Shown in pieces: positions 50,480 to 64,000 of a DNA stretch of 64,000 bases. The translations under genes were made by a program, and so were the position numbers. How positions within the stretch are numbered: the stretch's first letter is position 1; every line of letters starts with the position of its first letter. Source of the DNA: Octopus sinensis (lineage: Eukaryota); NCBI RefSeq assembly GCF_006345805.1, contig NC_042997.1, positions 211,792,001 to 211,856,000 of the forward strand, read 5' to 3'. The notes beneath the pieces were generated by a model. The model had not been told where the DNA came from. It searched no databases and saw nothing but the letters and a program-made list of their open reading frames with translations.

Positions 50480-53400
50480 AAAGGGAAGATAACACTGACA
50501 ATCTTCTCAGACCACAACATGGTAGAACTGACGATGTATGGTCCAAAGCCAATTAATGATGTATTCCATACAGATGGCACCTAAACTCTGTCCAGTCTGA
50601 ACATCTACAAGTCTGACTGAAAAACCGATTATCCAGCAAAATTGGCCCCAAAGTCCCTCTATGCAAGACATTGATATGAAACTTAAAGAATCCATATCAA
50701 TAATGCTTAGCGACATTTCATCTGTTGCTATGTTCTGAGTTCAAATTCCGCCAAGGTCGACTTTGTCTTTCATCCTTTCAGGGTTGATAAATTATGCACT
50801 GGGGTCGATGTAATCGTCTGGTCTCTTCCTGCCAAAATTTCCGGCCTTGTGCCTATAGTAGAAAGGATTATTTCTCCTTGGTCATATTAGCTGGGAACAG
50901 TGTCTGAGTGAGCTAACCATGTTGTTTTTATATTATTTGTTCCTTCTCAAGCCATGCCTGGCTCATAAGGGCCGGTTTCCCAGTTTCTTTGACATATAGG
51001 TTCCCCACCTGGATGGGACACCGGCCTATCACAGGTGAGCTGCAAGATGCAGGAGGAAAGAGTGAGAGAAAGTTGTAGCGAAAGAGACTACAGAAGTCCC
51101 GCCATTACCTTCTGCTGGAGCCACATGGAGCTTAGGTGTTTCACTCATAAACAGACACGCATCGCCCTGTCTGATATTTGAACCCACGATCCCTCGACCG
51201 CAAGTCCGCTGCTCTAACCACTAGGCCATGTGCCTCCATGAGCTAACCATCGAATGTTCATAGTCTGTTTCATTTGAATTGGGGTTCATGCATACTGTCT
51301 CTATTTCTCTTTCCAATCTTTTTGACAGAATGTCGTTCCTCTGTTCTCTTTCAAACATTTAATTTTGGAGAGTGTAGCACCATTGCTTTTCAGAACTTTG
51401 GGTCATCTCTTGACCATTTGTAAAACAGAAAGATTTTGTGCTTTCCTTCACCACACATTTCTAGATAATTTCTCAGTGGAATCTTGCACAATTCCTCTTG
51501 TCGGATCTGTTGTCTATGGATTCTTGCACATAGGTAGTGGGAAATGTTTGTTTCATTCTTGAATTTTATGTGGAAACCACTTTCTAAATACTTGAAGTTG
51601 TTGTCGGTGCATGTTCCACATCTGTTATCTCCACATTCTTTTATGGAAAATTCTGATTCATTCTCTGATGTGAATTTTTCACATGTGTGGTGTATTTTGA
51701 GATTTTTTGGTTGGCATCTACTGTTTCATAAGGGGGTTTTATTAATCAGATTTTTCATTTTGGGGCTTTTTGGAATATAGGTAGGTTTGATTTTATTGTG
51801 TGAAAGATTTTTGCCCTTCAGGATTGTGCATATTGATAAATGGAATCGTGTGTTCATTACTTTTTTCCTTTGATGTCCTTGGTTGTGTGGTGTTCAGCTT
51901 CTTTACCTTTTTAATTCCATCATTTATTAATTCTAAGGGGCATTTCTGTTTTGTTAGGAAACCCTTGAATTTGTTGAGTCAGATTTGGTGGATTTTGGGG
52001 TCAATCAGTGCAGATACATCTTGCCATGGGATATTCCTTTTGATGTGTGAGGGATTGCAAGAGTAGAAATTCAAATATTGGTGTGTGTCGGTTTTCTTGT
52101 AAAATATGTCTGTTGTGACTGTGGAGTTGTGTATTTTTACGTGGATATTCATTGCACCTGGATTCTATCGTGAATTTGATGGATGGGTGAATTGTGTTGA
52201 GTATATTATTAAATATTTGTAGGTCCTCATCTGATTTTGCTCCAAAAGGTGAAGCAGTCACCCAGGAAGCATTTCTTGCAATCATGAGTAAAAGCTCTCT
52301 TCCAAGTATCTCATGACTAGGTTAGCATATGATGGTGCAAACCGCATCCCCATAGCCATGCCCTTTATCTGTCGATATGTTTTATTATCGAATCTAACAG
52401 TGTTTTCTTGTAGTACTAGGTGTGTGGCCTTAGTGATGAAGTCAGTTTTGAAGCATTCCTTTATCCATCCTCTATGTTTCTCTGCCCAGTGTTTGACTGC
52501 TTCTAGGATCAAAGTGTGAGGTATATTGGTATAAAAGATTGGTGACATCAAAACTCATTTGGTACCTTCTGGGACAGTAAGTGGAATGTGCTGGAGGAAT
52601 TCTATACCATCCTATACATAGCTGGGTTTTAATGGGCATAAAGTTTTTAGGAGTATATCCAAAAGATGACTCAGTTTGAGGTCCGTAGGTCTTAGTATTT
52701 TTATGTATTAGCCCCTCTGTTCATTTATAGCTCTCTGTATTTCGGAGCTTTTGCAGATTTTGGGGCAATCCGTAGAAATTGCTCTCTTTGATTACAGAGT
52801 TCCTTATATAATCTTTCTCCTTGTCTGTGAAGGAATCTTGGAATTCATTGATTAGTTTTCTGATTTTATTCATTATTCTTTTTCCTGAGTGTCTTGGTTC
52901 TTCCTTGCTGTAGGTTTGCTTTGTTAACATTTCCAATATTTTATCTTTATAACAGTCCTTGTCCATGATTACTATCCCCCCCCCCCATATCGACTTCTTT
53001 TAGGATGATTGAATTGTCGTTCTTCAGCGTTAGTAAGGCTTCCTTTCCTTCTTCATGAAGGTTTTATTTGCATTTATGGGAACTAAGGGGAAATTTCAAA
53101 ATTGTGTCTGTATAAGCATCTAAATGGTTATCATTCCCCTTGTTATCATTCCCCATTCTAAATGGTTATCATTCCCAAAAGGCAGCGAGCTGGTAGAAAT
53201 GTTAGCATGCCGGGCGAAATGCTTAGCGGTATTGTGTCTGCGTTACATTCTGAGTTCAAATCCTGCCAAGGTCGACTTTGCCTTTCATCCTTTAGGGGTC
53301 GATTAAATAAGTACCAGTTACGCACTGGGGTCGATGTAATCGACTTAATACCTATGTCTCTCCTTGTTTGTCACCTCTGTGTTTAGCCCTTTGTGGGTAA

Positions 53401-53985
53401 TAAAGAAATAGGTTATCATTCCCCTTGTAGGGGGTGAAATGGGATTTATTTCTGATAATTGATTCATTATTTATATCCTTATTGCTGAAGAATTCTATAA
53501 GTGAGAGGTAGCAGTTAAAATGTTCAATATCAGCCCTGAGTTCAATGAGATTTGGGTTGGGAGTCAGAGTAAATTTGAAACCTTTCAATAGGAGATTCAT
53601 CTTTTTCTTGTTGAGGTTTCCTTTTGACAAATCTTTGATCTTTCGGCCTATATGTTCTGTGTGTGTTGGGTCCGGTGTGTGATTGTGGGATTTTCTCCCT
53701 AAAAAACGAATTGCTTCTCTGTTTTTCCATTTTTTGTTTCCTGGATTCTTGTGAGGGGATGGTTTATGTTCTTTGTATTTCATTGTCTATACATTCTGTT
53801 TTCTTCCCATCTTCTATGTTCATTGGGCCATTCAGGATGTCTGGGATTGTTGGTTGTAAATCATGGCTTTCTTGAGTTTCCATGATGATTCTTCATATTA
53901 TGGTTTCTGTGTTGTCTACATTTTACTTGTCTTTCTTTCCATGTATTCATCCATCTGGGTTATTTGGCATTATGGGCTGATGGTT
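50480..53985 (-). mobile_element. Degenerate Penelope-like element (RT + endonuclease), interrupted by SINEs
   Basis: LLLKGFKF, FYGLP, FYTNIPH, YRQIKGMAMGMRFAPSYANL, HPSIKFTIE. Confidence 0.82.
50921..51238 (-). mobile_element. SINE with family C-like head and V-domain-like 3' half
   Basis: TSD tgagctaaccat; the minus strand contains cctgtgataggccggtgtcccatccagg...gaaactgggaaaccggcccttatgagcc. Confidence 0.72.
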
Positions 53986-53992
53986 GTCTTCT

Positions 53993-54661
53993 ACACACAC
54001 ACACACACACACACAATACTTACATACATAATAATATATATACATACATACATACACACACACACATACATACATACATTCATACATACACACATACATA
54101 CATACATACATACATACATACACACACACACATACATACATACATACATACACACACATACATTCATACATACATACATACACACATACATACATACATT
54201 CATACATACACACATACATACATACATACATACAAACATACATACATACATACATAGATACATACATGCATACATACATACATACATGCATACATACATA
54301 CATACATACATACATACATGCATGCATGCATGCATGCATACATACATACATACATACATACATACATACATACATACATACATACATACATACATACATA
54401 CATGCATGCATGCATGCATGCATGCATACATACATACATACATACATACATACATACATACATACATACATGCATGCATGCATGCATGCATACATACATA
54501 CATACATACATACATACATACATACATACATACATGCATGCATGCATGCATGCATACATACATACATACATACATACATACATACATACATGCATGCATG
54601 CATGCATACATACATACATACATACATACATACATACATACATACATACATGCATGCATAC
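53993..54661 (+). repeat. (CATA/CATG)n microsatellite
   Basis: Seen directly. Other long (CA)n tracts at 7750-8110, 25911-26400, 44367-44790; (TA)n tracts at 11690-12190, 22977-23230, 35625-35790, 62210-62710. Confidence 0.95.
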
Positions 54662-54664
54662 AAG

Positions 54665-55215
54665 ATTAACCTATCAACAGTCATATTCCAGGGTGATTAA
54701 TTTGTCTGTAATGTTTGAAATGTTTGTCAGTCCTGTTAACAAAATGCCAAGGTTGCATGCTGGGATATGCAGAAAAGAATAAGGTTAATGTTACCCACAC
54801 AGTTTTTGCTGATGATCTAAATTTGTATTCTGGCAATATGACCAAAATCAAGGAACAGTTAGAACAAGTCACAACATTCTCAACAGATATAGAAATGGTG
54901 TTTGGGCAAGATAAATGCTCATACATGATAGTCAACTAAAGAATGATTGTCATCCAGGCAGAAAACATGTGCATCAACGGTTTGTCTATTTCCTCTATGT
55001 TTAATGATGAAAGCTACACGTACCTTGGAATCGATTGGGATGTTGCATACATTGATGCTGTGACTAAAGCCAAAATAATAAAAGACTACTTCTGTAGACT
55101 CCAGAAGATATGGAACTCAGAGCTGCCTGCATTTAATATCTCACAATGTTTTTCCAATACCAGTGTCAGTGCTAACATTTGGGATATTGGACTGGACACT
55201 CGATGAGATATGCAG
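54665..55215 (+). mobile_element. Degenerate Dong/R4-type RT fragment
   Basis: VTHTVFADDLNLYS...DIEMVFGQDKCS...YTYLGI. Confidence 0.7.
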
Positions 55216-55239
55216 CCGGGGCACTTTTGAAAAATCCAC

Positions 55240-56600
55240 CCCATGCTATAATGTTGCATTAGAAAGGTGAAACTTCAAGAATAGAATAAACTACATTGAA
55301 CCAAATACAGATAGACCAAGAAGACATAGACAGAAGAAAATCTTATGGTTTAACCCACCTTATAGCATGAATGTAGCCACTACTATTTTTGATTTTGATT
55401 TTGATTTTTCCAGTTTCAGCTTGTGAGCTGTGGCCATGCTGGGGCACCGCCTAGAAAATTCTTAAAATTAATAGACAATCACTTCCTACATTAACACAAA
55501 TACCACAAGATCTTCAACAGCAACACTGTTAAAGTTAACTATAATTGCTTCCCCAATATAGGGTCAATAATACTCAACCACAACAAAAATAAACACACCA
55601 GAAATACCCCCAAAATCGATGTAACTGTAGATCTCCAAATTGCTGTTTAGAGAACAGCAACCGTTTGGAAAAAGAAATTATATACATGGTCAAAATTATG
55701 GACCCCAATGGAGTAACAAAGATGTATATCAGAATGAGGGGCAACTTGTTCAATGAAAGGTATACACAACACCTGGCCTCATTCAGGGACAAAAATAATA
55801 AAGACATGCAGCTTCCCTATCAAATATGATATGGACATTGAAAGAAGGGAGAATAAGTAACCCCAGATAAACTGGAACATCATTGCTAAAGCCAGAAAAT
55901 ACAAATGAGGAACCAAATGTGAACTCTGTATCACTGAAAAACTAACCATCATACTGTCAATAGATAACACCCTTAATATTAGGGATAAAATCGTCTCTCC
56001 CTGCATATATAAGCAATATATCACACTTAGACACTTCAAAGAGGAACCACCACCCGTGCCACTAACCTCACAAAGATAGTTGAATATATACAAAGAAATT
56101 GAATATATACAACACACAAAGCCCACATATAGACGAAACATGTTCCCATGATGAACTGCCTCAATACACAAACATACAAACATCACATATACTCAAAATA
56201 TAATATAATACAAACAATTTATAATCCAACATGACTGTTTTCCCCCCATAATCAAATCCAATGGAGATAACCACTCAAAAGGTGTCATCCAAGAGTAGCG
56301 CCCCCTTGATATATTGTTTTCTTTACAAGACTTTCTGCAAATTCATGAGACTTTGTGTTTTCATCCAAAATGGAGATGAACACTATTGGCTTGAAATATT
56401 GTTAAGATATTAAGATATTTTTTAACATGAATAATTGAACAATTTACACCTTATGTTAATGAGTCAAATAAATGTAAGCTCTGTTTAGCTGAAAGAACTC
56501 AGATCTTTCTCAGATCTAAGATCCATACCTAACTACTGAACTTTAGGTCTGAAATTTTCAGCAGTTGTAAACATACGTCTAAGAACATTTTGAAAATTTG
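55240..56600 (+). mobile_element. Penelope-like GIY-YIG fragments
   Basis: RKILWFNPPYS, KFLKLIDNHF, KIFN.NTVKV.Y, CELCITEK, and a second CKLCLAE...NFRSEIFSSCKH. Confidence 0.72.
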
Positions 56601-57245
56601 AAAAATTTCATCTACACCTGATTAACTTGTTGATATCTTTCCAGCCTTATAATTTAAGGTTTAAGGAGGATAACTCTTTTACCATTTTTACTTTTTACTC
56701 TTTCAATTTCCATTTTTTAACCTTTCACATTTTCTATATGCTTCCTTCTCAACTATTAGTTGCACATAAAAACATGCATTGTGTCTATCACTCTGAAAGC
56801 AGCCATAGACGTCTTCTAGTAACATGGAACCTTGAACAACCTGTTACATGGTCAGGTTGTTGGCAACTAAACCAGCACCCCCACCAGGATATTCTGGTGG
56901 GGAGGGTTGCTAGAAACCTGGCAGGACTAAAAACAAGAGCTGCATTATGAGATCTAGTTGGGTTTTCTCAGGCGATATGTAAATATTGTCTCCATAAGTT
57001 CAAATTCTTGGCTTCAAGAGTATCCTCGCTGTCTGTCGTGGTCTGAAGTTAATAGTAGCCACAGAATTTATCAATTTTTGACTCCAATTTTTCCAATTAT
57101 CTATTCACACACAACAGCAGCCCAAACGCAAACCTGGAAGTACATATAATACTACTGCTGGATAACAAAGGAAGAAATCTGAAGGTGGACGAGCTTTATA
57201 CTGTACTCTACTATGTTCTTAATAGAATATACCATACACAACTGT

Positions 57246-57682
57246 ATCATCATCATCATCGTTTAGCGTCCGTTCTCCATGCTAGCATGGGTTGGACGGT
57301 TCAACTGGGGTCTGGGAAGCCAGAAGGCTGCACCAGGCCCTGTCTGATCTGGCAATGTTTCTACGGCTGGATGCCCTTCCTAACGCCAACCACTCCGTGA
57401 GTGTAGTGGGTGCTTTCATGTGGCACCGGTACAGGTGCCAGATGAGGCTGGCAACGGCCACAATCGGATGGTGCTTTTTACATGCCACCGGCACGGGGGC
57501 CAGGCGAGGCTGGCAAACGGCCATGATCAGATGGTGCTTTTTACATACCACCAGTACGGAGGCCAGACGAGGCTGGCAAACGGCCATGATTGGATGGTGG
57601 TTTTTACGTGCCACCGGCATGAGGGCCAGGCGTGGCTGGCAAATGGCCACGATCGGATGGTGCTTTTTACATGTCACAGGCA
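57246..57682 (-). mobile_element. RTE 3'-UTR fragment with a ~60-bp tandem array
   Basis: Same terminal block; about four diverged units. Confidence 0.82.
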
Positions 57683-57950
57683 TATGTATGTATGTATGTA
57701 TGTATGTATATGTGTGTGTATATATATATATATACAAATAAAGGTTACAAACCTCATTCAGGGATAGCAAAATCTTATGAAAGTACTGGTTAATTACCTA
57801 TACAAAGAAGGTTGAACACTACAGTTAATACTCAACTAATAAATAAATATATATAAACCACAGTTTATATATATTTATTTATTATAATAAGATAAGAAAA
57901 CAGAGAGGTAATTAATAAATTATTATGCATTAATTAAAAAATTGGCAAAC

Positions 57951-58040
57951 ATCTCTTACAGCTATTTCAATTCAAGACTTTCAGAAAATTAATTAATAAA
58001 ATTTAAAATTATTTGAAAGTCAAATCTCATCAGAGACAGT
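57951..58040 (-). ncRNA. Type I hammerhead ribozyme motif
   Basis: Minus strand tct CTGATGA gatt..gactttca[loop]tgaaagtc..aatt GAAA tagct GTA aga. Confidence 0.6.
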
Positions 58041-59571
58041 TTAAGATATGCAAAAGAGGTGTTCAATAGTTTATAGATGAGAGACAGATGTTCTCCATAT
58101 GGAACACACTTCGTAGTGCTCAAGAGGTTTAACATTTATCTTTTGCTTGGCTGAGCACGACCTGTATATAACACTCATGGATAAGCAATTCTAAGCATGT
58201 CTACAAAAAAAATATACTGATCCCAACAAGGGATATATGCCCTATACTGTGTATTTACAATCGTTATTTTGGACCCTCAAGCACTCAGGAAACAGTTGCT
58301 GGACTCGTAAAACTTTTATTCAACCCTTTAATTTCTGAAATCCTTTCTATTCTGTGCAAATCGAACCTTTTTGTATATTTTTTGTATTAAATGTATTTAA
58401 TATTTTTTGTATATCAACTTGCTTATCCTTACATTTACTCCTATGTGCGTGAGTGTGTGAGTGTGTGTGTGTGTGTGTGTGAGTGTGTGAGAGGAATTTG
58501 TTTGACTAAAACTTTTCAAGGCAGTGTCCCAGCATGGCCGCAGTCTAATGACCAAAACAAGTAAAAGATAAAAGATCTGAGTTGTTCTATCATCATCATC
58601 ATCGTCATTTAACATCCGTTTTCCATGCTGGCGTGGGTTGGATGGTTTGACTGGGGACTGGCAAGCCAGGAGACTGCACCAGGCTCTGATCTGGCAGAGT
58701 TTCTACAGCTGGATGCCCTTCCTAATGCCAACCACTCTGAGAGTGTAGTGGGTGCTTTTTATGTGCCACTGGCACAGGAGCCAGACGGGACAAGGGGGCT
58801 GGCATCAACCACATTTGGATGGTGCCTTTCACATTCAGATATTGTAGACATTTAAAAGCAATTGCATATTGATGGAATGACTTGTTGGGTGGTAATAGTA
58901 TTAATCTATGTATTGTATGACAGAATTGTATTAAGGTGGTGCGATGGCAGAACCGTTAGCACACTGGTCAAAATGCGAAGCCGTATTTCGTCTGCCGCTA
59001 CATTCTGAGTTCAAATTCTGCCAAGGTTGATTTTGCCTTTCATCCTTTCAGGGTCAATAAAATAAGTACCAGTTACGCACTGGGGTCGATGTAATCGACT
59101 TAATCCCTCTGTCTATCCTTGTTTGTCCCCTCTATGTTTAGCCCCTTGTGGGCAGTAAAGAAATAAGAATTGTATGACAGAATTGAAAGACATACATCTT
59201 ACAATTTGTTATATAATTTCCCAGCTTTCTTAGATTTTTTGTTTTGATTTTGTTCTGTAAAATATTTTATTCTGACTTTGTGTTTGACAAATATTTAAAT
59301 CAGCAGGTTTCTTGAGAAATGATAAAAGCAAAGTATTCTTCAGATTAATTAATCTCGACTATTATCTCTGACAAAATGTCTGTCATTGATAAAGTGAAAC
59401 AACAACCTGGCGACAGTTGTAGATTCTCTCACATTTGTCACATCAGATTAAATATAGTTAAAGTGAATTAAAAATGAATTAAAAATAGAAATATTAATTT
59501 GGTTTTGGTTTCATCTAAATCTATCACATCTTTTACAACCATTCTTTAAGTAAACTTTGACTTAACTCTTT

Positions 59572-60153
59572 CCTGTGCCGGTGGCACCTAAAAAGCACCA
59601 TCCATATGTAGCCGATGCCAGCACCGCCTTGACTGGCTTCCATGTTGGTGGCACGTAAAAACCACCAGCCAACTGCGGCCATTGCCAGCCTCCCCTGGCA
59701 CCTGTGCCAGTGGCTGTGAAAAGCACCATCCGTACGTGGTCGATGCCAGTGCCACTTTGACTGGCTTCCGTGTTGGTGGGAACATAAAAACCACCAACCA
59801 ATCGTGGCCATTGCCAGCCTCCCCTGGCACCTGTGCCGGTGGAATGTAAAAAGCACCATCCGTACGTGGTCGATGCCAGTGCCACCTTGACTGGCTTCCG
59901 TGCCGGTGGCACGTAAAAAGCAACAACTGATTGTGGACATTGCCAGCCTCCCCTGGCACCTGTGCCCGGTGGCACGTAAAAAGCACCCACTACACTCATG
60001 GAGTCGTTGGAATTAGGAATGGCATCCAGCTGTAGAAACTCTGCCAGATCAAGATTGGAGCCTGGTGCAGCCTCCTGGTTTCCCAGACCCCGGTTGAACC
60101 CTCCAACCCATGCTAGCATGGAAAACAGATTTTAAACGATGATGATGATGATG
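59572..60153 (+). mobile_element. RTE 3'-UTR fragment with an alternating A/B tandem array
   Basis: Units alternate tgccagtgccaccttgactggc and tgccagcctcccctggcacc; ends in (GAT)n. Shorter copies at 425-607, 5108-5312, 10780-11010, 12750-12963, 48677-48802, 58590-58830. Confidence 0.82.
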
Positions 60154-60159
60154 AGTGCT

Positions 60160-60880
60160 GATGACAGAGGGGAATGGCTCCTCATTTGCTCCTCTAAATA
60201 ACACCATAAACGTTTGATTATATTGAAGTCTGGTGATTTTAGGGTCCAGTCCAGTTGGTATGCTTCATTTTTGCTCTCTTTGTATTTATTTTGAATAGCA
60301 TTAGCCATGTGAAGGGGTTATATTATCATCCTGGATGATTGTGCTACCATCAGGGAATAATGCTACCATTAAGCAGGTTCCACCTAAGGAACTTTGCCCA
60401 AATTGGTAAAAAGGGTGAATGGTGATTCATCAGAGAGAAGTGGACATTGTTTCTGGGACCACTTCTGATAATCTAGACATGACTTTTTACATTTCTCAAT
60501 ATCGAACGGAGTACAGGAGACATTTAACAATTGCGACCCTCCCTTTGTATCCCCGCTTTGTATGGAACTCCTGATGAACAGCATTGATTGAGACCTGGTT
60601 ATCAAGATGGAGGGCTTTAGCCCTGCTCTCCCTTGTGCTGCTGTAGTTTGATGCCTTTTTGAGACACCCTACCTTTCACTATTCTTTGGGATTTGCCTTC
60701 CATCCAGAACTATGCTTACCAAAGCTGGTTTTACTTTGGTTTTGGTTAATGCTGATAGGATTTTAAAGACTGTATCTCTTGGAACGTTAAACAATTCAGC
60801 AGTTTTAGAGGCCGAAACTCCAGCCGTCCATGCTGCAGCAATCTGCCCTCTTTGCAAAGTAGACAAATCATGCATTTTAT
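60160..60880 (-). mobile_element. Degenerate Tc1-like transposase
   Basis: MHDLSTLQRGQI...AELFNVPRDTV (HTH), SDESPFTLF, QDDN and SPDFNII remnants. Confidence 0.75.
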
Positions 60881-60892
60881 CTTATTTAAATA

Positions 60893-61225
60893 TACGAGGG
60901 ACGTTCAATAAGTAATGCCTCTGACCCACTTGCAGTTGTTTGATCTAGCTGTGCAATCATTTATATCTCTATAGAGTAAGTGGCAAATTATAGCTCTGAA
61001 TTAATTGTGGTTTCTGATTTACAGGTGTTTGAACCGAGTCAAGTGTGAAATGGAGCCTGTTGAGTGTCGAGCAGTGATCCAGTTTTTGTATTTGAAAGGA
61101 CGCACACCACGGGAGACTTTTGATGAAATGAAAGTAACTTATGGTAATGATGCCCCATCATATGACCTTGTAAAACGCTGCATCGTGAATTCAAACATGG
61201 TCGGAACTCTGTGGAAACAGCTCGT
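60893..61225 (+). mobile_element. mariner element 5' fragment (TIR + HTH)
   Basis: TA|TACGAGGG..TCAATAAGTAATGC terminus; MEPVECRAVIQFLYLKG...EMKVTYGNDAPSY..VKR. Confidence 0.8.
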
Positions 61226-61430
61226 AAATATCTGCCAAAGAAAGAAAACCAGAGAGCTGTATAATAAAGTACAAGGCGTATGTAATGCATAAGGACCCAC
61301 GGAGACGGGTTTAGGGACTGAAACAGTTTCGAGTTTATCATAATGGCAATCGAAAAAATTGTTAAATTTTGTCTAACACCTGTATAAATAAATAAATACA
61401 TATGTATGTATGACTGTGTATATACATGTA

Positions 61431-61461
<31 letters not shown>

Positions 61462-62045
61462 ACATCTGATGGGCTTACATTCCACATGGTTTCCGTTTTC
61501 ACCCAATCCCATGCTAAAGATGACCAACTTGCTGTGACCCTCTTCTCTCTCTGTCAGACCTGTGGCATTTGAGCCATGAATCCAGATAATCCCAAACCAA
61601 AGCGAGTGTCTATGTATGTGTATGTGTGTGTTTATGCCTATGTGTGTGAGTATGTGTCAATGTATATGTATGCATGTGTATGTTTTTGTATATGTGAAAG
61701 TGTGTGTATGTGTGTATAAGTGTGTATACAAGTGTGTGTCTATGTGTGTGTCTATATGTGTATGTGATATTGCGGTTGCTGTTGTTTAACCCCAAGTAAT
61801 ATTTATCAAAGACTTTCCAGCCATGACCCTTTCCTTGTATGTTATCTCAGATTCTCTGTCTACGACTCTATTCATACATGTTACCTTTTTGTAAAACAGT
61901 GAAGCACTTTAAAACCTAAATTCTTCATTATTTTCAAAATATCTACTAAAGTTTTTTTAAAAAAAGAAACTTAATAGCGTCCCCTTCATCATTATATGCA
62001 GTCATCACATTCTGCTAAAATGTCCTATTGATGTGTTTGGTTTCT

Positions 62046-62131
62046 TTCCCTGATGAGAAGATTCCATTGTTTTACACCATTTTATTCTTTCTGTAATAAT
62101 AGCATGTTGTCTTCGAAACATGTGTCAGAAG
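62046..62131 (+). ncRNA. Type I hammerhead ribozyme motif (near-intact core)
   Basis: ttcc CTGATGA gaaga[~47 nt]tcttc GAAA catgt GTC agaa: full core, 5-bp stem II base, GUC cleavage triplet; one mismatch at the first stem I pair. Confidence 0.7.
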
Positions 62132-62167
62132 TTAAAGACTTTTAATAACACCTGCATTTAACTCCAT

Positions 62168-62206
<39 letters not shown>

Positions 62207-62208
62207 CA

Positions 62209-62275
<67 letters not shown>

Positions 62276-62298
62276 TATATATATATAATATATATATA

Positions 62299-62362
<64 letters not shown>

Positions 62363-62437
62363 AACCAAGAAAGAGAGGACACATTTCAGAGGTCAGTGTT
62401 CTTAATCACTCAATATATTTCAGCATACATAGGTGCA

Positions 62438-62712
<275 letters not shown>

Positions 62713-62747
62713 GATATCATATAATAATATATAAATATATAAAGTAT

Positions 62748-62778
<31 letters not shown>

Positions 62779-64000
62779 TATATGTGCATATGTGTGTGTT
62801 TGTGTGTCTGTTTCCCCACAACGATTGCTTGAAAACTAATGTTGGTGTGTTTACATCCTTGTAACTTAGTGGTTTGGCAAAAGAGACCGATAGAATAAGT
62901 ACTAGGCTTACAAAGAATAAGTCGTGTGGTTGATTTGCTCAACTAAAGGCAGTGCCCCAGCATGGCCACAGTCAAATGACTGAAACAAGTAAGAAAATAA
63001 AAGAATCCAAGAATTTTGGCAACACAAGAATTGATATTCATGCGAAGCCGGAAGAAGAGTGGTGTTGGGTTTTTAGGAAGAAGGGAGATGAAGTCATTTA
63101 AGGTGAAGTCGTGCATTGCTGTTGTTGGTTGCTTCCTGAGGGACCGGCTGACCCTCCTCCATAACGGTTACCAAAGGGGTTACGTAATAGGACAGAGAGT
63201 CGTGCGTCACCAAACTCGTTTCTGGTGTGTTTGACGTCGACAACAAGGTCGGCTGCTGGTAAATGATGTCACTTGTTTTTAGGAAATCTGAGAAACAGAT
63301 TTACGAATGCGTTTACGTATTTACCCTTTCTAAATATCAAATTCCTATTTCAATAACCCATCCACCCACCGTCACTGACAGGCCCACCCCCAGCCCAACA
63401 CTCCTCAAACTCTCGTTTTACTTTCATGATACAGATACCCTGAATAACCAGTTGAATCAAGTACATCATTTCTCTGTTAGAAATGATATTTGGTTAGCTG
63501 TGTTAACAGAACACTTCACCACATCAACCTGTGAAATATCAACATTAACCAACCTGAATCCAACATTGTTTGAAGGACTTAATTAAGACAGAGATGAGTT
63601 GTATGCAACACTGACTACGGTCATGCTGGAGCATCGCTTGGAAGAGTTTAGTCAAAGAAACAACCCTTACACCAATTTTTGAAGTCTATTGCTTATTCAC
63701 TCACTCTCTTTTGTTGAACCCCTAAGTCAAGGAGATGTAACAAACCAACATTGGTTGTCAAATCAATAAATGGTGGGGATATACATACACATATATATGT
63801 GTGTGTGTGTGTATGTGTGTGTATGTGTGTGTGTGTATGTGTGTGTATGTGTGTGTATGTGTGTGTGTATGTGTGTGTTTATGTGTGTGTGTGTGTGTGT
63901 GTGTATGTATATATATATATATATATTTTTTTTTTTTGTTAAGTTAATATAAGAAAATGGATAAGAAATATATTTGATGCTTGTTCAATTTTATTTGTAT

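Noticed and set aside
61310-61345. Minus-strand ctcGAAActgtttcagTC, a hammerhead 3' half
   Set aside because: No CTGANGA or matching 5' stems upstream; at most a truncated relic.

Overview
Eukaryotic, AT-rich, microsatellite-saturated genomic DNA, most likely from an octopus (coleoid cephalopod), judging by the SINE/LINE families and gene content. Two spliced + strand protein-coding genes can be rebuilt by hand with consistent splice phases. (1) The last five exons (641-11616) of a TXNDC16/ERp90-like ER thioredoxin-fold protein, with a probable GC-AG intron and a C-terminal RQEL ER-retrieval motif. (2) A complete 11-exon, 431-aa secreted astacin + single-MAM metalloprotease (18910-49445), the architecture of squid myosinase/ALSM; its propeptide is partly encoded on three micro-exons. 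Most of the rest is decayed mobile DNA: RTE, CR1/L2 and Dong/R4 LINEs (the Dong copies piled into (TAA)n tracts), Penelope-like (GIY-YIG) elements, Helitrons, Tc1/mariner fragments, tRNA-derived SINEs, fold-back hairpins and simple repeats. The most unusual signal is a set of about eight hammerhead-ribozyme motifs or relics from several distinct families. They sit in Penelope pseudo-LTR-like islands beside (TA)n tracts, and several have very long stem II extensions. Most long ORFs in the supplied track are microsatellite artefacts.
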